Positions 41,367 to 49,003 of a stretch of DNA of 64,000 nt are shown here, one piece after another (positions within the stretch are counted from its first letter, which is position 1; each line of letters starts with the position of its first letter). A model generated the notes under the pieces. It had not been told where the DNA came from and did not search any database. It was given only the letters and a program-made list of their open reading frames with translations. Origin of the DNA: an uncultured Chloroflexia bacterium (GTDB lineage: Bacteria; Chloroflexota; Limnocylindria; Limnocylindrales; CSP1-4); the NCBI GenBank assembly GCA_963829105.1, contig CAWHHF010000023.1, positions 12,844 to 76,843 on the forward strand, written 5' to 3'. A program made the translations under genes and the position numbers.

Positions 41367-41943
41367 TTATCCGGCCAGCGCCCGGTCCGCCTCCGCCAGG
41401 ATCCGGTTGAGCTCCGCGACCGGGCGCCTGCTGCCGCGTGTGCAGCTCGTGCTGGCCGTGCTTGGAGCAGGACGAGAGCATCGCGCTGAACTCGTGCAGC
41501 GGCCGCGAGGCCACCGGCCGGTCCGACGCCGCGACCGGAGGCCAGGCGAGCACGCCCATGTCGGCGGCCTGGAAGACGCGCATCGCGTGCTCGATGTCGG
41601 CGCGCGTCCCGTATCGCCGCTCGCCCGTCTCGAAGTCACGCATGAACGCCGCCGTGCCGTCCATTGCGTAGCGGGAGACGGGGGACGGCAGCGGGTAGTC
41701 GAAGGCAGGGTTGCGCGCGCCGAGCACGAACGAGCGGGGCGCGCCGGCCACCGCAGCCTCGACGATGGCCCGCGGGATCCTGGCGATCCCGGTGACCTCG
41801 TCAACCTGCGCGCCTGCGTCGCGCAGGAGCGGGAGCGCCCGCTCCCCGTGGAACCGCAGGCCGACCTCGGCCAGGATGCGCAGGCTCCCCTCGTGGACGC
41901 GGGCCTGCTCGTCGGGGGACAGGAACGCCGCCTGGTAGCGCAT
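41367..41943 (-). pseudogene. MttB-family relic A (N-terminal ~165 codons plus an out-of-frame C-terminal ~15 codons)
   Basis: MRYQAAFLSPDEQARVHEGSLRILAEVGLRFHGERALPLLRDAGAQVDEVTGIARIPRAIVEAAVAGAPRSFVLGARNPAFD...SKHGQHE parallels residues ~25-190 of the intact copy at 36026. A different frame ends in VAELNRILAEADRALAG, compared with AELTRILDAARRAIG at the end of the intact copy. The ~300 central codons are missing. Confidence 0.6.
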
Positions 41944-41951
41944 CGCCTACC

Positions 41952-42631
41952 TCATCCCAGCGACGACGGGGCCGCCGCGCGGGCCCGCCGCTCCAGCCGG
42001 TCCAGCTCCTCGGCCACGCCATCGGCGAACGGGAGCGGCGCATGGCCGTCGATCGCCTTCCGGGCCACCTCGTGCGCCTGGTCCAGGACCAGGAGCTCCA
42101 GGAGCCACGCCGCGTCATCGGCCGTCGCGATCTCGTCCTGCACGTGCTTGGAGAACAGCCCGAAGGTCTTCGACCAGTGGGCGACCGCCGGTCCGGGCCC
42201 GCCCGGGCTCTCGATGCCGGAGCTGATCATCCGCCAGTAGGCGCCCACCTCGCCCATGGTGTCGACAAGCCGCGCGCGGCCCAGTCATCCCAGGTGGGGG
42301 CGCGGCGGACACCGGTGGCGGGGTCGTAGACCATCGTGCATTCGCCGTCCGGCATGAGCGTGCACTCGCTCGCGTTCATCGGCAGGGCGAAGCCAGGGCG
42401 GCGGCCGCCGAGCGAGAACCGCCGGGGCGCCGATGCCAGCGATGCCTCCACGAGCGTCCTCGGGAAGCGGACGCGGCGTTCGCCCTCGTCCACCCGGGCG
42501 CCGGCGTCCTCGAGGATCCGGCGGGCCCGCTCGGAGTCGATGCGCATGCCCGTCTTCTCCAGGACGGTCACGGACTGCTCGTGGATCGCGGCGACTTCGG
42601 CGTCGGAGAGGACGCGCAGGAGGGTCGGCAT
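41952..42631 (-). pseudogene. MttB-family relic B (frameshifted, with an internal deletion)
   Basis: MPTLLRVLSDAEVAAIHEQSVTVLEKTGMRIDSERARRILEDAGARVDEGERRVRFPRTLVEASLASAPRRFSLGGRRP... switches frame near 42250 to ...MGEVGAYWRMISSGIES...SKHVQDE. It then jumps to the C-terminal-like AHEVARKAIDGHAPLPFADGVAEELDRLERRAR, compared with IEVAREKAAWVRANHHPEPLGSAEQAELTRILDAARRA in the intact copy. Confidence 0.6.
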
Positions 42632-42690
42632 CGGGCGGCTCCGGTTCGTGGCAGCTGGGTGGGCGCATCCGTCCCGATGCGCCGTCGCCC

Positions 42691-42725
42691 CGTGACGTGA
42701 CCTGACGTGACGTGACCTGACGTGG
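42691..42725. repeat. 2.3 x 15 bp tandem repeat
   Basis: cgtgacgtgacctga occurs twice, followed by cgtgg. Confidence 0.8.
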
Positions 42726-42920
42726 CGCGACGCTACCACCGGGCCCGTGTCCCTGGCCGGCCGGGTCCGCACGGCGCACCGCGTGCCATCCGGGGTCCGT
42801 GGGCGGCGACCGACCGGCGGCCGTTGCGGTGCGCTCGCCCGAGCCGCTCGGCGCCCGGCTCGACGCAGGCTCCGGCTGCACTACACTCTCGCGATCGGAC
42901 CCCACCCTCGAGGTACGCCC

Positions 42921-44831
42921 GTGCCGAAGGAGTACGTCCGCCTGACCACGCCGCTCGTGCGCGACGGCGACCGACGCACCAGCCCCCTCCGCCCGGCCAC
43001 CTGGGACGAGGCGCTGGACCGGACGGTCGCCGCGTTCCGGGCCTCTGGCGAGGCGCACGGCTCCAGGACCTTCGGGATCTTCTCCTGCAGCAAGTCGACC
43101 AACGAGGTCAACTACGCAGCCCAGAAGCTCTCCCGGGTCGTCCTGGGCAGCAACAACGTCGACAGCTGCAACCGCACCTGACACGCCCCCTCTGTCGCCG
43201 GTCTGGCGACCGTGTTCGGCGCCGGTGGCGGTACCAGCTCATATCGAGAGGCCGAGGAGACGGATCTCGTCCTCCTCTGGGGCAGCAACGCCCGGGAGAC
43301 GCACCCGATCTTCTTCCACCACCTCCTGAAGGGGGTGCGGAACGGCGCGCGCCTGATCGCCGTGGATCCGCGCCGGACCTCGTCGGCGGAGTGGGCCGAC
43401 CTGTGGCTGGGCCTGGACGTCGGCACCGACATCCTGATGGCCAACGCCATGGGCCGCGAGATCATCGCCGCCGGCCTCGTCAACGAGGAGTTCGTCCGCC
43501 GGGCGACCTCCGGCTTCGAGGCGTACCGGGCCGGCGTGGAGCCGTACACCCTGGAGCGGGCGGAGCGCGAGACCGGTGTCCCGACGGCCGCCATCCGCGA
43601 GGCGGCGCACGCCTACGCGCTTGCCAACAGGGCGATGATCTGCTGGACGCTGGGGATCACCGAGCACCACAACGGGGTCGACAACGTCCTGGCCCTCATC
43701 AACCTGGCGCTCCTGTGCGGGCATGTCGGGCGCTGGGGCAGTGGCCTCAACCCGCTCCGCGGCCAGAACAACGTCCAGGGGGGCGGCGACATGGGGGCCC
43801 TTCCGGACCGCCTGCCCGGCTTCCAGCACGTGGAGAACGACAGGCTCCGGGTGCCGTTCGAGAAGGCCTGGAACGCCACGATCCCGCCGAAGCGGGGCTG
43901 GAACCTCACGGCGATGTACGACGCCATGGAGCGCGGCGAGCTCACGGCCGTCTACTGCATCGGCGAGAACCCCGTCCGGTCCGAAGCGGACGTCTATCGC
44001 GTCAGGCGGCTCCTCGGCGGCCTGGAGTTCCTGGTCGTCCAGGACATCTCCCTCACGGCCACCGCGGAGATGGCCGACGTGGTCCTGCCTGCCGCCGCGG
44101 CCTGGGCCGAGACCGAGGGCACGGTCACCAACTCCGAGCGCCGCGTCCAGCGGGTGCGCAAGGCGCTGGATCCGCCGGGTGACGCGCGAGATGACCTCTG
44201 GATCATCTTCGAGATTGCGCGGCGGCTCGGTCACGACTGGGGTGAGGCGAGCGCCGAGGCCGTCTGGAACGAGCTCCGGACGCTCTCGCCCGTGCACCAC
44301 GGCATGACCTACGCCCGCCTCGGGGCGGGGGACGGCCTCCAGTGGCCCTGTTACGACGAGACGCACCCGGGCGAGCCGTTCCTCCACTCGCGCCTCTGGG
44401 CGGACCCGGTCCCGGGCAACCGTGCGCCGTTTGTGCCCGTGGAGCACGACCCGCCGGTGGACCCGCTGAGCGATGACTTCCCGGTCCGCCTCACCACGGG
44501 CCGCCACCTGGACGCGTACAACACGGGCGTGCAGTCGGGCGGGTTCCGCTCCCCCAGGCGCCGCACCGAGACGCTCGACCTGTGCCCGGAAGACCTCGAG
44601 CGCTTCGGCCTGGCCGAGGGCGAGCTGGTGCGGGTCATCTCGCGCCGGGGCCAGGTCGAGGCGCCGGTGCGCGCCGATCGGGCCCTGCGCCCGGGCCTCG
44701 CGTTCATGACCTTCCACTACCAGGACGACGTCCAGGTCAACCTGCTCACCATCGACGCCACGGACCCGAAGTCCGGCACGGCCGAGTTCAAGGCGACGGC
44801 GATCCGGATCGAGAAGCTGGGCACCGCGTAG
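42921..44831 (+). CDS. fdhA: Formate dehydrogenase alpha, catalytic Mo/W-bis-MGD portion, selenocysteine-containing (TGA at 43179..43181 read as Sec)
   Basis: Track ORFs 42747..43181 and 43212..44831 are in the same frame and separated only by TGA. Across the junction the protein reads NNVDSCNRT-U-HAPSVAGLATVFG, the conserved Sec/Cys active-site motif of FdhF/FdsA-type formate dehydrogenases. It begins at ...VRLTTPLVRDG...ATWDEALD and lacks the usual N-terminal Fe-S domains. The GTG start at 42921 is tentative. Confidence 0.85.
43182..43214 (+). promoter_or_regulatory. Bacterial SECIS element immediately 3' of the Sec UGA
   Basis: The sequence is cacg-ccccctct-GTCGCC-GGTCT-GGCGAC-cgtg. The apical 6 bp stem (43194..43199 / 43205..43210) carries a GGTCT loop and starts 12 nt after the UGA. 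A lower CACG/CGTG stem has a 5' bulge. As I recall it, the E. coli fdhF SECIS apical loop is similar (GGUC-containing). Confidence 0.7.
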
Positions 44832-45220
44832 CCGGTCGCGCAGTCCGGTCGCGCAGGCATTCGCGTAACCTGCCAGCGTGGCGGGTCGCGCAGCCCGGTT
44901 TGGGTCTCGGGCCCCGGGGCTGGCGGAGCGTGACCACGTCATGGCCTGTCTGTGGTCGTCCGAGGTGCTGGACGCGATCCGTCTCCGGCGAGCCTCCTTC
45001 GCGGGCCTGTGCCCGGACCCGCCCGACGCCCTCAAGGCCTGGCTCCGCGGCGAGCCGCCGGTACCCGGCGTGACGAGCTTTCTGATCGTGCTCGACCCGC
45101 TGGTCCCGTTCGGATCCCGCCGCCGGACGATCGCTGCCGTCGATGAGCCGCCACGCCTCGATCCGCGCCACCGCGATCACGAAGACGCTGCCGAGGCGCT
45201 GCGCCGTGCGGGATGAGCCT

Positions 45221-45613
45221 TCAGGCCGGCCGCACCACCGGCAACCCAATCGCGCGAGCAGCCTCGGCCAGCCGGTCGTCATAGGTGACGAACGCGTCAA
45301 GCTCGGGCATCAGCGTCATCGCCGACGCGAGGTGGATCGCATCGAGCGTGCGAAGCGTGGGCGGCTCCAACGCGGCCGCGACCTTGGTGATGGCCCGGTC
45401 GACCTCGATCACCTCGACGTCACGGACGACGGCATCCCGGTGCTCCGCGTCGTGGTCGCGCCGCGAAGCGGCTCGCAGGGTCTCGATGACCCCGCTCCGG
45501 CTCGTCAGGACGCGCGTCGACTCGACGAACCAGCGGTTCATCGCCCCTGACTCCGGCTCCTCGACCACCAGCTTGACCAGCGCCGAGGCGTCCGCGTACG
45601 TCAGGCCGCTCAT
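45221..45613 (-). CDS. vapC: PIN-domain toxin VapC
   Basis: 130 aa. YADASALVKLVVEEPES...DAIHLASAM...FVTYDDRLAEAA carries the PIN acidic residues. It overlaps the antitoxin stop by 4 nt. Confidence 0.85.
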   Translation of the reverse strand: MSGLTYADASALVKLVVEEPESGAMNRWFVESTRVLTSRSGVIETLRAASRRDHDAEHRDAVVRDVEVIEVDRAITKVAAALEPPTLRTLDAIHLASAMTLMPELDAFVTYDDRLAEAARAIGLPVVRPA

Positions 45614-45909
45614 CGGTCGTCCTCGTCTCGCATCTCCTGCAGGATCGCGCTCAGAGGCCGTCCGGGAATCCTCGGTGGGGGCGGCAGGGTCCGATGGTCG
45701 CCCTCGGCTGGAGTGATCCGTCCCTCGGCGATCATCCGGTCCACGACCGACATCCGGACGGGCGGATTGGGCGTCAGGCGCGCCACCGGTTGCCCGTGCT
45801 CCGTGACCTCGAGCGTCTCGCCGGCCTTCACCCGGTCCAGGTAGACGGACAGGTTCTGCCGCAGCTCGCGCACGCCGACCCGCGCCGGCCGGTCACCAGT
45901 CTCGCTCAT
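45610..45909 (-). CDS. Type II antitoxin (Phd/YefM-like) paired with VapC
   Basis: VGVRELRQNLSVYLDRVKAGETLEVTEHGQPVARLTP is the Phd/YefM N-terminal fold signature. Start at MSETG. Confidence 0.8.
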   Translation of the reverse strand: MSETGDRPARVGVRELRQNLSVYLDRVKAGETLEVTEHGQPVARLTPNPPVRMSVVDRMIAEGRITPAEGDHRTLPPPPRIPGRPLSAILQEMRDEDDR

Positions 45910-45931
45910 GTAGCACATGGTAGCACAATCT

Positions 45932-46056
45932 GCGATCTGTCCCGGCGGGGCCGTCCGGCGTGGTCCGTCCCGGCCGGGCCGACCCGCGGTCGTCTGCCCG
46001 GCGATCTGTCCCGACCGGGCCCGTCCCGGCTGGGCCGACCCACGGTCGTCTGCCCC
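45932..46056. repeat. About 2 x 60 bp imperfect tandem duplication upstream of the vapBC promoter region
   Basis: gcgatctgtcccg..ccgtcccggc(c/t)gggccgaccc(g/a)cggtcgtctgccc occurs twice (units start at 45932 and 46001; the first carries a ~12 bp extra segment). Confidence 0.8.
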
Positions 46057-46064
46057 GACACGCC

Positions 46065-46973
46065 TCAGCCAGGCCCGCCGTCACCGATCTCGATGTTCAG
46101 CACCGCCTCCGCGGCGAGCCGCAGGAGCAGGTCCCGGCCCGTATCGTGGCGCGCCCAGCCGCGCCCGTCCCAGGTCTCGCCGGACAGGTCATCGCCCGCA
46201 TAGAGGATCTGGCCAAACGACACGCGTCGGAACCGCGCGACCGCGAAGAAGGCGGCGGCCTCCATCTCGACGGTGAGGCAACCCTCGGCGACTCGCCGAG
46301 CCACCTTCTCCCTGGTCTCGCGATAGAGCGCGTCCGTCGTCCAGGTCTTGCCCGCGACGTGCGGGATGCCGTGCCGGTCGAGCGTGGCGAGCACGGCGGC
46401 GATCGCGTCGTCCGTCGGGGCGACGTCCCGGGAAGCCGGCAGGTAGTGGTAGCTCGTGCCCTCGTCGCGGATCGCCGCCGTGGGGACGATCACGTGGCCC
46501 ATCGCGAGATCCGGGACCAGCACACCGGCCCCACCGACGGCGACGAATGCCCGGCCGCCAAGCGCGATCAGCTCGTCCAGCCAGCCCGCCGCAAGGGGCG
46601 CGCCGACACCCGCCAGCGCGATCGCCAGCCGCCGGCCGTCGCAATCCACCTCGAACACGGGGTGCGATCCCATCTCCGAGGCGAGTCGTCCGATCTCCCG
46701 GCCACCCTGCTCGCCGACGAACGACGAGATCGCGTCCCGGAAGAAGCACAGCACCACGTGGGGCGGCAGGTCGAACGGCTCGATGGCGAGGGCGGGCTCG
46801 ATCACGGCGTCTCGCGCCGGATCGAAATCGAGGATCGGTGCGTCGGGCGAGATCGCTACGTCCAGCGGATCGGGCAAGAGAGGAGCTCGGTATCGGCGGA
46901 ATGGGCGGCTGTCGCTCTCGATGATGCGCTGCCGGACCGCGCGGCGCGTGGGGGTCGTACACTCGGTCGCCAT
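46065..46973 (-). CDS. Nucleoside phosphorylase-family protein (PNP_UDP_1 fold)
   Basis: AGVGAPLAAGWLDELIALGGRAFVAVGGAG...PTAAIRDEGTSYHY...TTDALYRET...VEMEAAAFFAVA. The only ATG giving a full-length N-terminus is at 46973. Confidence 0.72.
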   Translation of the reverse strand: MATECTTPTRRAVRQRIIESDSRPFRRYRAPLLPDPLDVAISPDAPILDFDPARDAVIEPALAIEPFDLPPHVVLCFFRDAISSFVGEQGGREIGRLASEMGSHPVFEVDCDGRRLAIALAGVGAPLAAGWLDELIALGGRAFVAVGGAGVLVPDLAMGHVIVPTAAIRDEGTSYHYLPASRDVAPTDDAIAAVLATLDRHGIPHVAGKTWTTDALYRETREKVARRVAEGCLTVEMEAAAFFAVARFRRVSFGQILYAGDDLSGETWDGRGWARHDTGRDLLLRLAAEAVLNIEIGDGGPG

Positions 46974-48984
46974 GGATCTCCACGTCGTCGACATCGCTCC
47001 GACGTCCTCGGAGCGGGCCGCGATCGATGCGGTCCTCGACCCGGTCATCGGTCCCGCCAAGGGTGGATGGGATGGCGGCGAGCGGGACATCGAGCGGGAC
47101 GGGCACGTCGCCCGCGGCGGTCACGAGGCACGCTCCCACCGGCATCTGCTGCTACCCGCGTTCCACGCGGCGCAGGACCGCGCGGGCTGGATCAGCCCCG
47201 GCGTCCTCGCCTACATCTGCCGCCGCCTGACGGTCCCACCCGCGGAAGCCTATGGCGTCGCATCCTTCTACGCGCTGCTGTCAACCTCCCCGAAGCCGCC
47301 CGCGGTCGCGCATGTCTGCGATGCCATGGCCTGCCGCCTGGCCGGTGCGGAGTCGGTGTGCGCGGACCTGGTGCGAGAGCTGGGGCCCGCCGGCCGACCC
47401 GCCCCGGGAGCGAACATGACCTGGATGCGGAGCCCGTGCCTGGGCCTCTGCGAGCAGGCGCCGGCCGCGCTGTTCACCGTCGCCGGCGACCCTCCCCTGC
47501 GGCGCGCCCTCGGCCCGGTTGATGCGCCGAGCGTCATCGCCCACCTGGATGCCGGCCTACGCGGCCGCGACAAGGTGGACGCCGGCCTCCGCGGCCGCGA
47601 GGATCCGGACGCCGGCCTCCGCGGCCGCGAACAGATGGATGCCGGCCTCCGCGGCCGCGAACACCCGGACACGCCCGCCGGGACCCCTGGCACCGTCCCC
47701 TCCTCCGAACGCATCGCAAGCCTTCGACGGTTCGTCCCCCAGGCCGGTGATCGCGGGCTCCGTCTTCTCGCGCGCGTCGGTCGCATCGACCCCACCAGCC
47801 TCACGGACTTCCTGGCCACCGGCGGCTACCGCGCCCTCCGGGCCGCCATCGACCACGGCCCGAGGCGGGTCATCGAGGAGGTCATCACCGCCGAGGTCCT
47901 GGGGCGCGGCGGCGCGGCGTTCCCCGCGGGCAGGAAGTGGGCGGCGGCGGCAGCGTCCCCCGGGGGCGGCAGGATCGTCGTCTGCAACGCGGACGAGGCA
48001 GAGCCCGGGACCTTCAAGGATCGCGCGATCCTCGAGGAGGACCCGTTCTCGCTGGTCGAGGCGATGACCATCGCCGGCTTCGCCACCGGAGCCGAGCGGG
48101 GGTTCCTGTACATCCGCGGCGAGTACCCGCTCGGCGAGGCACGCATGGCCAACGCGATTGCCCGGGCGCGGGAGCGTGGCCGGCTGGGCCCGGACGTGAT
48201 GGACGCCGGCTTCGCGTTCGACATCGAGATCCGCCGCGGCGGTGGTGCCTACATCTGCGGCGAGGAGACGGCGCTGTTCGAGAGCATCGAGGGCAAGCGC
48301 GGCGAGCCCCGCAACAAGGGAGGCGACCGCCCGACGAGCGTCGGCCTGTTCGGGAGGCCCACGGTGGTCAACAACGTGGAGACCCTCGTCAACATCCCGG
48401 GGATCATCCTGGACGGCGTGGCCGAGTACGCGTCGCTGGGCACTGCCATGTCCCCCGGGCCGAAGCTGTTCAGCGTCTCCGGCCACATCGTCCGGCCCGG
48501 CGTCTACGAGACCGGGTTCGGGATCACGCTGCGAGACCTGATCGAGCTGGCGGGCGGCGTCCCGGGCGGGCGCGCGGTCAGGGCCGTCAACCTGGGCGGG
48601 GCGGCAGGCGCCTTCGTTGGACCGGACGCGATGCACATGCCGCTCACCTACGAGAACGCGAAGAAGCTGGGTGTCACGCTTGGCGCGGGCGCCGTGGTCG
48701 TGTTCGACGAGACCACCGACCTGCTGGACATCCTTCGGCGCATCGCCCAGTTCTTCCGCGACGAGTCGTGCGGGCAGTGTGTCCCGTGCCGCATCGGAAC
48801 GGTCCGCCAGGAGGAGCTGCTGGCGCGCCTGATGGCCGGCGCGCCCCGCGGGTCCACGTCGGATGAGCTCGCGCTGCTCGATGATCTTGGGCGGGTCATG
48901 CGGGACGCGTCGATCTGCGGCCTGGGCCAGACCGCGAACGATGCGCTGGCCAGCGGCCTGCGACTCCCCGGGGTGCTCGCATGA
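46972..48984 (+). CDS. NuoE-like (2Fe-2S) / NuoF-like (FMN, NAD, 4Fe-4S) fusion protein; probable diaphorase module of the formate dehydrogenase (FdsG-FdsB-like)
   Basis: The N-terminal part has HLLLPAFHAAQDRAGWISPGVLAYICRRLTVPPAEAYGVASFYALL...VCDAMAC. The C-terminal part has GRGGAAFPAGRKW, CNADEAEPGTFKDR, GGGAYICGEETAL and ESCGQCVPCRIG. A 4 x 10 aa repeat linker separates them. An alternative GTG start exists at 46948. Confidence 0.88.
   Translation: MDLHVVDIAPTSSERAAIDAVLDPVIGPAKGGWDGGERDIERDGHVARGGHEARSHRHLLLPAFHAAQDRAGWISPGVLAYICRRLTVPPAEAYGVASFYALLSTSPKPPAVAHVCDAMACRLAGAESVCADLVRELGPAGRPAPGANMTWMRSPCLGLCEQAPAALFTVAGDPPLRRALGPVDAPSVIAHLDAGLRGRDKVDAGLRGREDPDAGLRGREQMDAGLRGREHPDTPAGTPGTVPSSERIASLRRFVPQAGDRGLRLLARVGRIDPTSLTDFLATGGYRALRAAIDHGPRRVIEEVITAEVLGRGGAAFPAGRKWAAAAASPGGGRIVVCNADEAEPGTFKDRAILEEDPFSLVEAMTIAGFATGAERGFLYIRGEYPLGEARMANAIARARERGRLGPDVMDAGFAFDIEIRRGGGAYICGEETALFESIEGKRGEPRNKGGDRPTSVGLFGRPTVVNNVETLVNIPGIILDGVAEYASLGTAMSPGPKLFSVSGHIVRPGVYETGFGITLRDLIELAGGVPGGRAVRAVNLGGAAGAFVGPDAMHMPLTYENAKKLGVTLGAGAVVVFDETTDLLDILRRIAQFFRDESCGQCVPCRIGTVRQEELLARLMAGAPRGSTSDELALLDDLGRVMRDASICGLGQTANDALASGLRLPGVLA
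47548..47667 (+). repeat. 4 x 30 bp in-frame tandem repeat (decapeptide DAGLRGR-xxx) in the NuoE/NuoF linker
   Basis: ga(t/c)gccggcct(a/c)cgcggccgcga + 7 variable nt, four times. It encodes DAGLRGRDKV DAGLRGREDP DAGLRGREQM DAGLRGREHP. Confidence 0.9.
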
Positions 48985-49003
48985 ACCCGGCGGGAGTCCC
49001 TGC

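Noticed and set aside
40921-41943. Single 340 aa ORF fusing an MttB N-terminal region to the ABM-like domain
   Set aside because: The middle ~90 codons are Arg/Pro/Gly-rich non-coding-like sequence. The MttB C-terminal tail is found in another frame. An internal ATG at 41214 gives a normal-length ABM-type protein. I interpret this as a relic plus a separate small gene joined by chance read-through.
42747-43181. 144 aa stand-alone ORF ending at the TGA at 43181 and starting at the ATG at 42747
   Set aside because: The TGA sits in the conserved Sec position of formate dehydrogenase and the frame continues into 43212..44831. The first ~58 codons from the ATG at 42747 are Arg-rich and unlike any FdhA N-terminus, so I prefer the GTG at 42921.
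44878-45216. 112 aa plus-strand ORF, and the overlapping minus-strand ORF 44788..45300, in the 390 bp gap between fdhA and vapC
   Set aside because: There are no recognisable motifs, no ribosome-binding site and a mixed composition. I cannot support either as a gene. The gap may instead be degraded sequence at a rearrangement boundary.
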